A DNA stretch of 64,000 nt from Rhizophagus irregularis (GCF_026210795.1 NC_089432.1:4588001-4652000); one strand, 5' to 3'; shown: positions 1 to 14,086, counted from the stretch's first letter. Made by a program: numbers and translations. Notes: a model not told the origin generated them from the letters alone.

Positions 1-793
1 CCCTTTTTAAACTCCTGATGACGTCCCACCATAAGACCATGATCACGTATATGTTATAAGCAAGCTATATGATTAAGCTTAATATTGTAATAATTGTTAG
101 TATAATATTATTAAATATGTTAATTAATATTATGAAAACTATATATATAATGTTAATTTATTAGGATATTGCACTTGTTTATATATTTATAAGTTACATA
201 CTGGCGACATTTTGACATTCTTTAAATAATATGTACATTAATAATTTTGTATAATGGTAATTATAGCTGATATAATAGTACTAAAATCTGTATTAGAGAA
301 AGATGAGAGTTACGTGTTTTGATCTATTAATTTAATATAAAGCTTATGAAGGATATAAAAAAGTTTAGTTAAGATAGTCATTCTGGCTCCGTTAGATAAT
401 AATATTAGTTGTGCGTTATGCATAATGATGCACATAATAATGGTCGCTTGTTCCGATGTAATATTAATACAATTTTTAAAATGTGTACACGCAGTTCTAA
501 ATAAATCATAAAAAATCATGTGCATTGTAAAATTAAGACATTACTACAGATCACATAATTGATTAACGTTTTCATAGAATACAAATCTTTTTTTTAAAAT
601 ATGACTTGTTCAATATTACTGCGGTACTGCGGCTAATGATAGACAGCTATTTGTTTGGTGATACTGATGGCGCTGTGTGACAATCTGCATAAAATACTTA
701 AAAAGGGATTATTCTCATTAAAAAAAATTTTTTTTTTACAACAATCGTATTATGTTAAAAACTTTCCCGTAAAAATTATTATTATTATTCAAT

Positions 794-1903
794 ATGTCTT
801 CTGATAATAAGACGAATACGAACGAATGGATTAATCGGATTGAAGAAAAAACTATAATTACAAAAACAGATATAGCAGAAAATACCCAATTCTCAAGCGA
901 GCGAGGACTTAATGAGGAAACTTTATTAACTACCAATATTTCAGAATTACAAGGAAAATTATCTCAAATTTTTGACAAAATAAATATAAAAGAGATTAAT
1001 CCTATAACAGTATCAAAAGAAAGAGAGAAACTTTCATTTGAAAAAGGTTTTGACATAATAGTTGATGAAATAAATGATTTAATTTTTAAATCATTTAATG
1101 AAGGAATTGGAATTGAACCTAAATTATTAAAAAAAAAATTTATTGACCATTTTAATAATTATAATACTAATTCAAAAGAAATTTATAATTGGTTATTAAA
1201 TAATCAAAATAATTCAAATTCCATTTTTTTACTTGGATATTTAAATCGCTTTGGAATTGGAACAAGTAAAAATAATAAGAAAGCATTTAATTTATTTATC
1301 AGTGCATCAGAAAAACATCATTTTTTAGCACAAACTTTTGCTGGTGAATGTTATCAATGTGGAAATGGAATTACAAAAAATGAAAAATTAGCTTTTGATT
1401 ATTTAGAAAAACTTGCTAATAAAAATTTTGCACATGGACAATATAGAATTGGTTATTTTTATGAAAATGGAATAGGTATTAAAAAAGATTTAAAAAAGGC
1501 TTTTCATTATTATGAAAAATCTGCAAATAATGGGAACAAAATGGCTACATATATTCTTGGTTATTGTTATAAAAATGGAAAGGGTGTTGAAAAAGATTAT
1601 AATAAAGCTTTTGAATTATTTAGACAATCAGCTACAGGAGAATATTCAAATGGAATAGTAATGTTAGGATATTGTTATGAAATTGGTATTGGAATTGAAA
1701 TTGATATGCAAAAAGCATTTGAATTATATCAAAAATCAGCGGATTTAGAAAATATGGTAGCACAATATAATCTTGGTGTTATGTATGAAAATGGGAAAGA
1801 AATTACAAAAGATTTAAACAAAGCAATTTATTGGTATAAGAAATCTGCGCAACAAGGATATCAAAAAGCACATTATAGATTAAATTTACTTCAATACCAA
1901 TAA
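794..1903 (+). CDS. Sel1-like repeat (SLR) protein, intronless, paralog 1
   Basis: 369-aa ORF with tandem SLR motifs (e.g. AQYNLGVMYENGKEITKDLNKAIYWYKKSAQQG); no kinase domain. Confidence 0.9.
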   Translation: MSSDNKTNTNEWINRIEEKTIITKTDIAENTQFSSERGLNEETLLTTNISELQGKLSQIFDKINIKEINPITVSKEREKLSFEKGFDIIVDEINDLIFKSFNEGIGIEPKLLKKKFIDHFNNYNTNSKEIYNWLLNNQNNSNSIFLLGYLNRFGIGTSKNNKKAFNLFISASEKHHFLAQTFAGECYQCGNGITKNEKLAFDYLEKLANKNFAHGQYRIGYFYENGIGIKKDLKKAFHYYEKSANNGNKMATYILGYCYKNGKGVEKDYNKAFELFRQSATGEYSNGIVMLGYCYEIGIGIEIDMQKAFELYQKSADLENMVAQYNLGVMYENGKEITKDLNKAIYWYKKSAQQGYQKAHYRLNLLQYQ

Positions 1904-3141
1904 TTTGTAATAAATTCTATCTTTATTAAATTATAAAATGTAAAAATTAAATTTGCTACATTATTTTTTTTTTTAATTAACAAAATAGTAAATACAGTAC
2001 TCTGATTATTTAATTTTAATAAGACTTTTATTTATTATATTTCAATTATTCTTATAAAAGGTATTTTTTTTTTATTATTAACTATATATATATATATTTC
2101 TTTTTTATAAAATTCATGAAGATTTGAAATTATTTATTTCTTTTTTCCTTTTGAAAACTTAATTGAACTTAAAAATAATTGATACTTATTTTTCAATACT
2201 GCAGTAGTACCTTATGGAATAATTGTATGTATAAAAGAAATGGTTATAAAAGATGATCAGTATAAATGCGATAGGTGTCTTTTTTGTAAAAATACATTGT
2301 ACTCTCGTATCTCACTAATGTATCTGTCTTTCATAAGTAAAAATAAAAATAAAAATAAATAAATCAGTATTAATGCGATCCTTTTTTATCTAAAAACTGA
2401 ATTACTTAAAGCTCCATCTAACCCGCTAAAGTAATAATGATTTATCAAATTTCACACAACATTAAATATCAATAGGAGTAGACTGAGGCAACTAAAATAG
2501 AGGCATTTTTTGATATTTTAATTAATTCATTTATTGATATAAACTATTTATGAATCTGATTATTAGTAAGTGATGAAACATTCAGTCTGTTGTTCTTTAA
2601 AAAGTAATAATAAATATCCGCAAGAGCTTAAATAAATTTAACTGAAAACTGAAACTGGAAATCCAGGATCGATCTGGGATTTGAAAACATCATTAACTGA
2701 TAAAAAGCAAAATTTCGTCTTAAGCATGAAGATAAATTGGTGAATTTACTTGACTAACTCCATAATGTCATATTTAGTTTCCTCCATCAATGGTACTTTA
2801 AAAACCTATTGATATTTACAACTTGCTAGTGTGCATTAGTTTATAAAATGAAAAGCTTACGTAATTTTTTAAACAAATAATAATCTTAAAAGCTATTACC
2901 CAAGATTCACTTAAAGAATAATTGTTAACAAATTAAAGTAAATTTAGCTCGTGTAGCACAATTAAAAAAATCGCCTATTCTAATCGTTTTTTAAATTATA
3001 AGAATGCACAATAATCCAAAATTTGATGATAAGAAAATTTTATTAATGTACCATTAATATGCATCACAGTTGCTAATACATAATATTTTTGAGGTCCGTT
3101 TAATCATAAAGAATAATTCAAATGTTTTAATTAATTATATA

Positions 3142-3548
3142 CGGTCAAAGCTCGTCATAGTGAACCTTTGGTTCTAGCCATTTTTGTTCACTATAACGAA
3201 TATTCACAAAAACGAAAGATTTCTTAATAATGAACTTTATATTAATACAAAACAAAAAGTTTCTTTTAACCAAAATATTTTGAGTTTAAAGCCCTAAAAT
3301 TAGAGTTCCGATCCTATTCTTAAAGAGTCATCCGGATTCAATCCGGATCTTGACAGCCCATCCGGATTATAATCCGGTTCAACGGATTCATCCTTTATTT
3401 AGGATCCATCCGGATTAATCCCATCCGATTTTAAGGATTCATCCTTAATTTTGGATCTATCCGGATTTATCCTAATCCGAATTTTAATGGTTGGGGACTT
3501 GTTAATACATATGGTTTATGAGAAAATTTTCGAAATGGCGAAAAACTG

Positions 3549-3590
<42 letters not shown>

Positions 3591-4186
3591 CCAGATTGGC
3601 ATCCTAGGATTACCATCCGGATTCACTAACGGATCCATCCGCCTAAAAATGTAGGATGCGGATATCCGAATTCAATCCGGATTACGGATCAGAACACTAC
3701 CTAAAATTTCCCAATTCTATATCATTAAAACAATGAATTAATTTTCTAAATTCCTCGAAGCTTCTTTATTAATAATAATTTTATTTCTAAATTTTCATTC
3801 TCTTTTGTATTGTCATTTTCAGGATTTGTAATTATTATACCTATAATTTCTTTATCTGAAAATAACTGAATACTATTAGTATTTTATAACATGATTTTGT
3901 AAATTTAATTCCTTATACAAATAATTTCATTGTTGTCATTCAGTCATCAACAATGAGGTGAAGCATCAACTCCAATTTGTTGTTTAAAAGTGAATCGTGA
4001 ACGATGTATCTAATGATTTACGTGGTATATAGTAAAATTATTAAAAAGTTCACTATATCTGATATATAATATCGAGATTTTATTAGTAAGTTTACTATAA
4101 TGAGTAAAATTAATATAAGGTGAACTGGGAAAATAAAAAAAGTTTATTATAACTATAACGAGCTTCGCTGTAACGAACTTTGACTG
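3142..4186. mobile_element. Tc1/mariner(pogo)-like non-autonomous element, interrupted by a hAT-like MITE
   Basis: Imperfect TIRs: cggtcaaagctcgtcatagtgaa from 3142 and ttcgctgtaacgaactttgactg ending 4186; TA on the left flank, TG on the right. Confidence 0.6.
3301..3699. mobile_element. hAT-like MITE
   Basis: 14-bp TIRs tagagttccgatcc / ggatcagaacacta (2 mismatches); 8-bp TSD cctaaaat at 3293-3300 and 3700-3707; subterminal ATCCGGAT repeats; internal (TA)n. Confidence 0.85.
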
Positions 4187-5866
4187 TGATTAGTGAAAAT
4201 AACATCAGGTTTTACGGTCATAAAACAAATTATGATAAATATAAAAGTCATAAAATTAAAGAAGGACTGTCAAAATATTTAAACCACTCAGTGTATAAAA
4301 ATCAAAGTGCGAAACAAGAATTAACAAGAAATTTAAAATTATAATTTGAAATCAAATAGAATAAATTGTTATTAGATGAGTTGACGGTAAAGTGATGTAA
4401 TTTAAGGTTGATAATAATCTTGATTGAACAATTTCATTTTGATAAATATTCATAAGTTTACGACAAAATAGTAAATACATATGTGAACGAAATTTCAAAA
4501 ATTAAAAATGTCCTTCAAGCATTAACAATTTATAACATGTGATTTAATAGAATGTTTCGAAATTAATTCAGTTTTTTTGTCCTAATGAAACAATATAAAG
4601 AAAATTGTAATTGTACTACTTTGATATATGAAGACAATGACCTTACAGAAAAAATATTAATAGATACATTAGCCACGAAAATATTAAAATAGGATAGGTC
4701 CAGCCAAAAAAAAATTACTATTGGCTATACGCAATTGTTTCAGGGCCGGAACTATGATAGTGTCAGCCAGTTACTAAAACAAGAAATAATATTCTGGCCA
4801 ACATAAAAAATTTGGTTATGTTTTAGATTACCGTATATAAATAATTTGAATTGTGTAATATGCAAATCCGTGTTGATTACTAATAAAAATATTTTAAATT
4901 ATTTTTTAGTTTCTGGTAATTGAAGTTTTGCTAATATTAACTGTTAATAAGTAATAGACAATTAAACTTATTAAGTTAATAAATTGTAAAATTTTTAAAA
5001 ACAATATCGCTCTTCTTTTTACGATTAGTAATTTTTTTTATTTTTATTTTTTTTTAACCGTAATCAAGATTTTTTTTTTTGTAACAATAGATCCTTTCTT
5101 TCGTTTAGTAATTTTTTTATTTTTTTATTTTTTTTTTGCAATCAGAATTTTTTTCATTTAGTAATTTTTTTTTTATTAAACAATTTATTTTTTTTAACGA
5201 TAGATCATTTAGTAATTTTTTTAATTTTTTTTATCATTTTCTTTTAATAGATCATTTAGTAACTGTTTTTTATTTTCTTAATAGGTCATTTAGTTATTTT
5301 ATTATTTTTTTTTTAAAAATTTTTTTAACAACAAGTCAGATTTTTTTTTCATTAAAATATTAATTAGTAATAGTTACTTCCCTTACTTTTTTTGCTTCCT
5401 GGTAACTGGCGTCATTCTAATACTATTAAATAATAGTTCTATCGATTCTTTTAGTAATAACAATAGGCTTTGGTGATAAGAATATTGTAACAATAGATTT
5501 GATAATGGAAATTTTTTTTTGACATAAATTTTTTTTAAGTAGATTACTATGATATAATCTCTGTAATAATACATTCGTATGATGTTATTCTTGGTGATGA
5601 GAAATTTTTTTTTTTTGTAACAATTAATTATTCAGGATTGATAGTGATGAGTCTGTAAACATATAAATAAACCATAAATTCTATAATACTGCAACATTTG
5701 TTTAATATTATAATATTTGTATTAAGTTATTGTTTAATCATATTGTAAATATACCTCACATTATTGTATTGTAAATATTGTAAATATAAATTACTGTATG
5801 TTCAGTATTATACAAAAATTAAATTGTTAGTCTAATATTAAATACAAATCTACATAACTACTTCAG

Positions 5867-7560
5867 TTTTTTTTTAAATTTTTCTTAACGACCTCTCGTC
5901 ATTTTAAGAAGAAAGACATATGTTGATGATATGATTCTTGATATGTTGTTAAATCATTTGCCATGGCTTGTCGTCGGTTGAGTTTTTTAACGCTCTCGTC
6001 CCATGATATGCTGCTTTACGTTTGTATTTGTTTTCTTATTCGATTTGTTTGATTAGATCTGCTTTACGTTCTTGCTGATTAATGGCAGCTTTCGCTGCAG
6101 ATTTTACTTTTTTTTCAAGATATTTGAACCAACCAGTAGAACTGGGAGCGTAATATATTGCATCTTCGGGTGAGTAAATAGGTTGTGATGGAATGTAAGG
6201 ACGAAGACGGTTTGGTACAAAAATACTCAACTGTGTGAATCGGTGAAGAAGATCCGGTCTCATATTCTCATTAGGATTAAAGACAATAGCAATTATCTCA
6301 GATGTAGAAGCAGGTGTAGTGGTAGAAGCCTCAGGTGTAGCTATATTGAATGCGTTTACGCGCCTGTATGCTAAAAGAAAAAATAGGAACCAGGTATTGA
6401 TAATCCTGAGCATCCGGTAACTAGTCTTTTTGGAATATTTCAGATGTTTAATGGGTTTATCTATATATTGTGATTCAAGGAAAAGGAAACGATGCATCTT
6501 CGCCATGATTAATTTATCTTCAAGAGTATCAGGTGCGTTAGGGTTCCCCGAGTTTAAAAATTCTTTTACACTGGCGTTGGAATCTTTGGTATTGTTTGCG
6601 TCGAGTACGTGCATTATTACTATAAATATGTTTAAAATTGATAAATTTCTTCCTATACATAAACCGGTTGCCATGAGTGAATACATTTTAATGACCATTC
6701 GCTTGATATTTGACACTATATTCCACGCCCAAGCGTCGCGAATAAATTCGTTTTTCAGTATGTGAGCGCCAAGTATTGAACAATTTGTTTGCATGAAAAA
6801 TCTTGTTGTTCGGATGTGATTATGTAGTCGAAGTAACTTTGATATCTTTAAATATACGATACTTGAAAAAATGTTTTTGATGTTTAACGCAAGCACGTCT
6901 ATCATGTGACATTATAAATGGGCTTGGGGTGGATATCATATAAGTGTTGCAAGGAACATAAATTCCGAAATAAAATCGATAACAATTGTAAGAGAAATTA
7001 AAAAAAAATTCACGTTGATATATTTCTATTTGAATCGCTGACTGCATGTGAGATGATACGGTCCAATAATTTTGAGCGTGTTAGGTTGAAATATTTTTGT
7101 TGGGTACGTCGTGGTAAAACTTTTTGTAAAGAAAAAAAGTGAGAGTCTGGTACTAATTTGGTATTTGTGATTGGAGTATTTGCTTGTTGATTTATAACGA
7201 ATAGGTGAAGTGTTCATGTGTGTGTATCTTTAAGTGGTGTTTGTATTACGATCTGCTAACTCAATGAAGAAACTTCTTGAACGTCTAATTTCGTAGATCT
7301 TCCAGAGTGAAATGTTTTCAGGGATACGAGCAGAGGATTTTTCGAAGGAGGAAAAGTGATAGGTTTTGAAAAGGACATAATAATGAAAGTTTTGTATATA
7401 ATAAAAGTACGGTTAATATTTATATATTAAAAATTTTAAAAATATGGTCAGAAATAAGAGTAAAACTCTTTTGTCCGCACTTGGGTAGTTGGTACTAGAA
7501 GTTTTAAAATTTCTACCGCGCCATTTTATAAATTTTGAAAAATTGTGGAAAGAGTTTTTT
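5867..7560 (-). mobile_element. Degenerate non-LTR-like retro-insertion carrying a frameshifted basic ORF
   Basis: GC-richer block with broken minus-strand ORFs (6036-6905, 6820-7047, 7026-7217); T-tract near 5867 (poly(A) on minus); 5' inverted repeat aactctt...gaaagagtt similar to other elements in the window. Confidence 0.45.
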
Positions 7561-8364
7561 TTTTTCGGTAGCCCTACGTAAGATCTTTATGCAAATTCAA
7601 CATGTGACTTTCATAAAATAAGCAATCATATGACTTCAGATCAACACAGTAATTTTTTTCATGCCCTATTAACTTTTGCATATTATCATCACTACGTTAG
7701 ATGTTATATATTAATGCATTATTAGACAATCCCAATTATATGACTTTTTAAAAATTCTAACATGATATTAGCAAAAAATATCATTAATTTTACGTAAATC
7801 CAATCTCTAACTGTGGCTAAAACAGAATGTGATTAAGCAATATACAGTATTGCTTGGGGTCCTGAATGAATCTTCTACATTAATAAAACCGTTCCTATAT
7901 ATATGAATTATATGATGTAAATGATGTAAATGATGTAGATGATGTAATGATTTTAATGATTTTTAAACGACTTCATTTTAAATTGTGACGCAAATTTATA
8001 TTAGTATCGTCATAAAAAAAATGTATATATATATAATAATTTTAATAATTTTATAAATGTCTATGATATAGTTAAAAGTATACCGTAACACAGTAATCAC
8101 GCGTAAACTATATAAAATTATTCACCTCGTAATAACCGTATGCCTTCTAAAGACAATGCTGATCTTTATCACGTTTAAACAGGTAATCACTAATCAGCCG
8201 GATAATTTATAACTGACGGATTATCAAGTAATCATTAAATTAACCGTCAATCTGCGGATTATCATTCGTTCATTAAAATAAGATCAATAATAAAAATTTT
8301 TGATTGATCAACAAAATTTTTTGCCGGTTTTTTTGCTGTGAAACATTACTTGATTTATATATAA

Positions 8365-8394
8365 CTAGGTGTAACCCGTCGCGCTGCGCCGGGG
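8365..8394 (-). mobile_element. Helitron-type 3' terminus (minus strand)
   Basis: Minus strand reads a GC-rich hairpin CCCGGCGCAGCGCGACGGG, then CTAG followed by T. Confidence 0.65.
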
Positions 8395-8933
8395 ATAAAA
8401 CTTCTTAGTATTTTGATAATAAATATTTACAATATGGTAAGGTTAGACTAATAAATTTATATAATTTATATAATTCACATATTTAATTCTATTTCATCAT
8501 TTTAGGTCCTTTAGTTCTTCCAGTAAGGTTCAGTTGTTTTTCACTTTACATTTCGTTTCTTACTCATTTTTTTATTTTTTATTTTGTTTCTGTTTCATAT
8601 TTCGTTTTTCACTAATTTATTTTATTTTTTTTCAGATATTTTAGTTCTTTCAGTTCTACAATTAATAAAGGTATTTTTTTTATTTTTTTATTTTTTTTAT
8701 TTCGTTTTTATCTTATATTTCATTTCTTACTAACTTCATTTTTTGTTTACTTTATGGTTTATATTTTACTTTGTTTCCTCATGATCACTTTTTTATTTTT
8801 GTCTCTCATCATTTTTCACTTTATACTACTTCTCATTATTTGTCTCCCATTATTTTCTATTACATCTTCATTTTCCATTATTTCATTTTCTCTCCTATTT
8901 ACTTCCCATCATTTCTTTTGTCTCTCAATCACT

Positions 8934-9145
8934 AGGACCCCGAAATATATATGTAGAGGTCAGGTCCAGAAGTGGTCCAAAATACGCATTCTTTCAGGGC
9001 CGGAATTACGATAATTTCAGCCATTATCTAAATTAGGAAATATTATTTTGGCTGGGATTATCCATAAAAGGAATGATCTACATGATTTTTTGACTCAGTA
9101 TACGCAAACTCTGACCTAACCCTTTTATGTATATTTCGGGGTCCT
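8934..9145. mobile_element. MITE with 8-bp TSD
   Basis: 19-bp TIRs aggaccccgaaatatatat / atgtatatttcggggtcct; TSD caatcact at 8926-8933 and 9146-9153. Confidence 0.85.
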
Positions 9146-9149
9146 CAAT

Positions 9150-9870
9150 CACTTCTTTTCATTTCCATTACTTCTTTTCGTCTCTCATCACTCCTTTTTA
9201 TCTTTCATCATTCCTCTTTGTCTTCCATCACTTCTTTTGTCTTCCATCACTTTTTTTCGTCTCTCATCACTTTTTTTCGTCTCCCATCACTTCTTTTCGT
9301 CTCCAATTACTTCTTTTGTCTTCTATCACTTTTTTTCGTCTCCCATCAATCCTTTTCGTCTCCCATCACTCCTCTTCATCCCTCATCACTCCATTTTGTC
9401 TCTAATCACTCCTATTTGTCTCCTATCACTCCTCTTTGTCATCCATTACTCCTTTCCATCACCCATCACTCCTCTTCGTCTCCCATCACTCCTCTTCGTC
9501 TTCCATCACTTCTTTTCGTCACCTATCACTTCTTTTCGTCACCCATCACTCCTATTCGTCTCCCATCACTCCTTTTCACTTCTCTTCGTCTACAATCACT
9601 CCTTTTAGTCTTCCATAACCCCTCTTCATCTTCCCATCACTCCTCTTCATCTTCCATCACTTCTTTTCGTCACCCATCACTCCTATTCGTCACCCATCAC
9701 TCCTTTTCACTTCTCTTCGTCTACAATCACTCCTTTTAGTCTCCCATAACCCCTCTTCATCTTCCCATCACTCCTTTTCGTCTTCCATCACTCCTCTTCA
9801 TCTTCCCATCACTCCTCTTCATCTTCTTATCACTCCTCTTCGTCTCCCATCACTCTTTTTCATCATCCAT
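9150..9870. repeat. Pyrimidine-rich minisatellite (~20-bp unit, e.g. tcccatcactcctcttcgtc)
   Basis: Dozens of degenerate tandem copies, strongly strand-biased; the overlapping ORFs are low-complexity artefacts. Confidence 0.9.
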
Positions 9871-10047
9871 CATGTCCTATTTTTCCTTTTTGTTTCCTAT
9901 CACTTCTCATTACTCTTTTTTACTCCCTTTCTTCTTCTATTACTTTCCATTACTCCATTGTTATTTCATTTTTTTTATTGGCATCTTTCTCCTTGATCAT
10001 TGTCATTTACTTATCTTTTTTATTTATTTTATTCATTTTTTCAATTG

Positions 10048-13000
10048 CAGCTAAAGCATTGATATTTGCTTTAATGCGCGAAATTGCATTAATTGAAGGT
10101 AATGAACGTTCTTTGAAAGATAAAAAAAAAAAAGAATTAAATTTAACAAAATAATTTTTTACTTTTTACATAATTATTAGGACCACCTGGTACCGGTAAA
10201 ACTGTAGTTGGTATTGAAATAATGGAAGTATTATTGGCCGAAAATAATCGAGCTAGTGCTCCTACCGGGTCAGATTCAGTCAGGTTTGGAGAATATATCC
10301 GACTCGACCCGGCAAAAATAGAAATGATCCGATTTTAACCCGACCTGAGTATATTTAATTCAAATAACCCGGGTTAGACCCGAAATTTTCATTGGATAAT
10401 ATACTGTATGCTTAGTAATATATCAAAAATATTTTTTCAAATATAATTTTTTCAATAACGCAAGGTAATTGATCTACAAGATGATCATAAAGGTCACACA
10501 ACTTTTTGTTATTAAAACTAAAGCTAAGCACGAATTTAAAGATATCTTCAATTTCTGTTTATTTATTGCTTTATATTTGAACTATAAAATCGAAATTATA
10601 TCACTTGCTTTAACAGAAATTTGACTATACTTTATATCTGCCAGGACTTTAAACACATGCATGCTCTAATTGTATCTGCTTTAAGACTACATCTTTTTGC
10701 AGCTATCAAATCGGTTCCACTGGAAACTACTGGAATGCTGGTTGCTTTATTAATCATCAAAATCAACTTATTAGTTAATGTAATGTTAATAATTAAAATA
10801 ATAACATACCCAAAATTGCAAGGTGTCTTTAGCAATTTTCGCTAAGTGAGGATATACTACCTCATTCATCTAACAAAATTATATAACGTAATCAATATTA
10901 ACGTGTAATCGATATGTGATCAGTGATTTTAATGATCATCCGGGTCTAATTCGGGTCAAAACTCGAGTCAAGGAAATGAATGACCCGACCCGACGGGTCG
11001 GGTCATGCGGGTCACGGGTTATTAAAATTGTTAGTACCGACCCGATTTAAAATTCACTCAGATTGAATTATCCGGATTAGACCCGAATTTTGCGGAGCAC
11101 TAAATCGAGCAAATATTGGTCCTATCTCACCATTTGTTTTACTAATCATGCTCTTGACCAGTTCTTGGAGGTAGTTTATACTTATTTATCATTAAAAATT
11201 TTATTCATTTTATTTCATCTAATTTAATACGCATTTTTTTCTTTTTATGATTTATAGCATTTACTTGATAAAAATATAACAAAAAGTATAGTGAGATTGG
11301 GTACTCGAACAAAATCCGAAAAAATTAAAAATTTTATGCTAGGTAAAGTTAAACCTAAAAATAGTGACATCCCTATATAATTAGAAAATATTGAAGAAGA
11401 AGTTCGGGATATAAAAACATATTATAAAAGTCGCATAATATGGAATGACGTATCTGAATATCTAAAGGATACTCAGAGATTTTTATAATAAATTTAGTAA
11501 TATAACTCATATTGATTTACCTAGTTGGGTCTTGGGAGCAAATATTATTGAAGAAATTGATGAAGATTCTGAAACTGAAGATCTTCAAGAGAGTTGTGAT
11601 GAAGAATTTGATGATGAAGAAATTGATGACGAAGAAACTGATGATGAAGAAACTGATGATAAAGGTTTTCAAGATAGTAATAAAGAAAAAAATGAAGAAT
11701 CTCAGAATAAATTTATTAAGGCTCAAGGAAGGAAGATGCACGAATTTGAAAAATGGTTAATTGGGAAGATATTAAAAAGATCGAAGAGAGAAAAGATCAT
11801 TAGTTAAATAAAGAAGAAACGGATTCAGATGGTGGTGAATTTATCAATGAAGAATTACAATTTGCAAAAAATTATGAATAACCAAACACTGATCGTTCTT
11901 TGAATGAATTATTAGAGGATTGTTCAATTTGGAAAATGTCAAAAAAAGAAATACAAAAACTTCATGATTATTGGCGTGCAAAACTTGATGAAGAAAGATT
12001 ATTGAATTTACAAACTAAGCATGAAGGATGTCATCAAGAGTTGAATGATATTTATGATGGAACGCCGTCAAATATTATTAAATAGTGATGTTATTGGTAT
12101 GACAACAAGTGGTGCTGCTAAATTACAAAATTTAATTAAATATATTGATCCTAAAATCATTATTTGCGAAGAAGCTGGTGAAGTTTTATAAGCTCATATT
12201 CTTAGTGCGTTAACTCCTTCTACTCAACATTTAATATTAATAGGGGATCACAATCAGCTTCGACCTAGTGTTCAACATATTCTCTTAGTATGGAATCACA
12301 AATAGGAGAAAATTATCAATTGGATAAATCATTATTTGAAAGATTTGTTGATGGTAATATTGCAATTACAATTGAAAGAACTCGACTTTTAACTCAGAGA
12401 CGTATGAGAAATGAAACTTCTGAATTAATCACACGTACAATTTATGAAGATTTAGTAGATGGAGAAAACACTGCTAAATATCCAAATATATGTGGAGCTC
12501 AGCATAATGTATATTTTATTGATCATAATCACCCAGAAGATAGTTTTGGTGATTCAGGGACACAATCTCATGTAAATATGCATGAAGTTAAAATGGTTGT
12601 AGAAATTGTTAAATATTTTGTTAAAAATGGATATACTGGACCTGAAGATATAGCAGTGCTTACTTCTTAATCAGGACAATTGGTCAAAATCAAGGATGCT
12701 TTATCTAAATCATTTTTCGTTGAAATTGATGAGAGAGATGCAGAGAAAATTGCTGATATGAGAGAGAAAAAAATATCAAAATAATACTTCAAAACCATTA
12801 AATCAACGAGTTACTTTTAGAACTGTTGATAACTTTCAGGGTGAAGAAGCAAAAATAGTTATCATTTCATTAGTTCGTAATTGTTCTGGTAAATATAGTT
12901 CTATCGGATTTCTTAAAAGCAAAAATAAAAGTAACGTATTATTGTCACGTGCTAAGGAAGGAATGTATCTTATTGGTAATTCTAAGTTGATGGCATCAAT
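10048..13000 (+). pseudogene. ZNFX1/NFX1-type (UPF1-like SF1) helicase pseudogene fragment
   Basis: Walker A GPPGTGKT (~10181), [74 protein letters not shown]. In-frame stops, frameshifts and a MITE insertion. Confidence 0.85.
10254..11102. mobile_element. hAT-like MITE inserted in a helicase exon
   Basis: TIRs tagtgctcc / ggagcacta; 8-bp TSD aatcgagc at 10246-10253 and 11103-11110; ACCCGA subterminal repeats; the reading frame resumes after removal. Confidence 0.9.
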
Positions 13001-13069
13001 GCCATTTTCATCCCAGATGAATCCAGGGGGTTTACCCCAGACTTTTGATCAGTATGGCGGCTCATATTA

Positions 13070-13983
13070 AACTGATACATTTCCGGTTAATTAAAATTTT
13101 AACTGGATTTTTTTTATTCTAATAAATTAATACTAACAAAAAAGAGTATATTAATTGCGGTTATTACCACTCTCTTAGCTACCACAACTAACCATTTCTA
13201 TTAGATAATTTTTTTTTATTTTCGGATTTTACATCTAGCCTAGCGTTACCCCAAAAAAAGCACTGGTCACGCAACCATGTAAAAAATCATCACATCCGTA
13301 ATACTAATTAAATTTAAAATTTTACGTATGTATAAAACTTAGCAATACATGAGGGACTTAGTTTTTTTCGAGTTGATAAATTCGTCACACCTTATCTGTC
13401 ACCGCACTGTTCACGTGACAGTGCATAATGCCGGCCACCAGTGCTTTTTTTTGGGGTAAACGCTAGGGTAGTTGGTAAAAACTGAAACTACCTTTTTAAT
13501 CTTTTTTATTAATTTTTTTATCTCTTCGGCTAACTTTAACCAAAATTTTTTCTTATTCTTTTTTTATTATATTTTTATTGGGTTTTTTTAATCGGAATTT
13601 ATCAAAATTTTTGTTAACCCAAAGAATATTATTATTCTTTTTTAGTTTAGATCGGATCAAAACTATAATCAAATTAGAACTATGTCCTACAAATTTTTTG
13701 ATGTTCGATGAGATTTTTTTTAGTCAATGATATTGTTTCTGATTAATAAATTCGTGTAAAAATTTTTTTTTTAGTATCAACAAATTTTTTTTTAGTTAGT
13801 TTGTTTTTAATTATATAGATACATAACAATATTTACCTGCATATTATTTTATTTAAATTAATTTATATTTTATTACTCTCATAATCTAATTATTAATCAA
13901 AGTGAGCTTCTAATTGTGACTAAAAATTTAATATTATATAGTAATACTACTACTCCAGGTGCGAAGCAACGGGCAACTGCTAG
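13070..13983 (+). mobile_element. Non-autonomous Helitron-like element
   Basis: 3' hairpin-like ccaggtgcgaagcaacggg plus CTAG (13980-13983) followed by T; internal similarity to 48380-48830. Left boundary approximate. Confidence 0.6.
13239..13468. mobile_element. MITE with ~30-bp TIRs nested in the Helitron-like element
   Basis: cctagcgttaccccaaaaaaagcactggt / accagtgcttttttttggggtaaacgctaggg, flanked by TAG on both sides; absent from the related copy near 48540. Confidence 0.8.
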
Positions 13984-14086
13984 TTTCAAATTAAAAGAAT
14001 AAAATGATTGATAAATTTAATAAAATATTTATTTAGAGTAATGTATTTACTATTTTAAATAAAAAAAAATAATGTAAATTTACATT

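Noticed and set aside
9127..9739. Overlapping Ser/His/Phe-rich ORFs
   Set aside because: Products of a pyrimidine-rich minisatellite that lacks stop codons.
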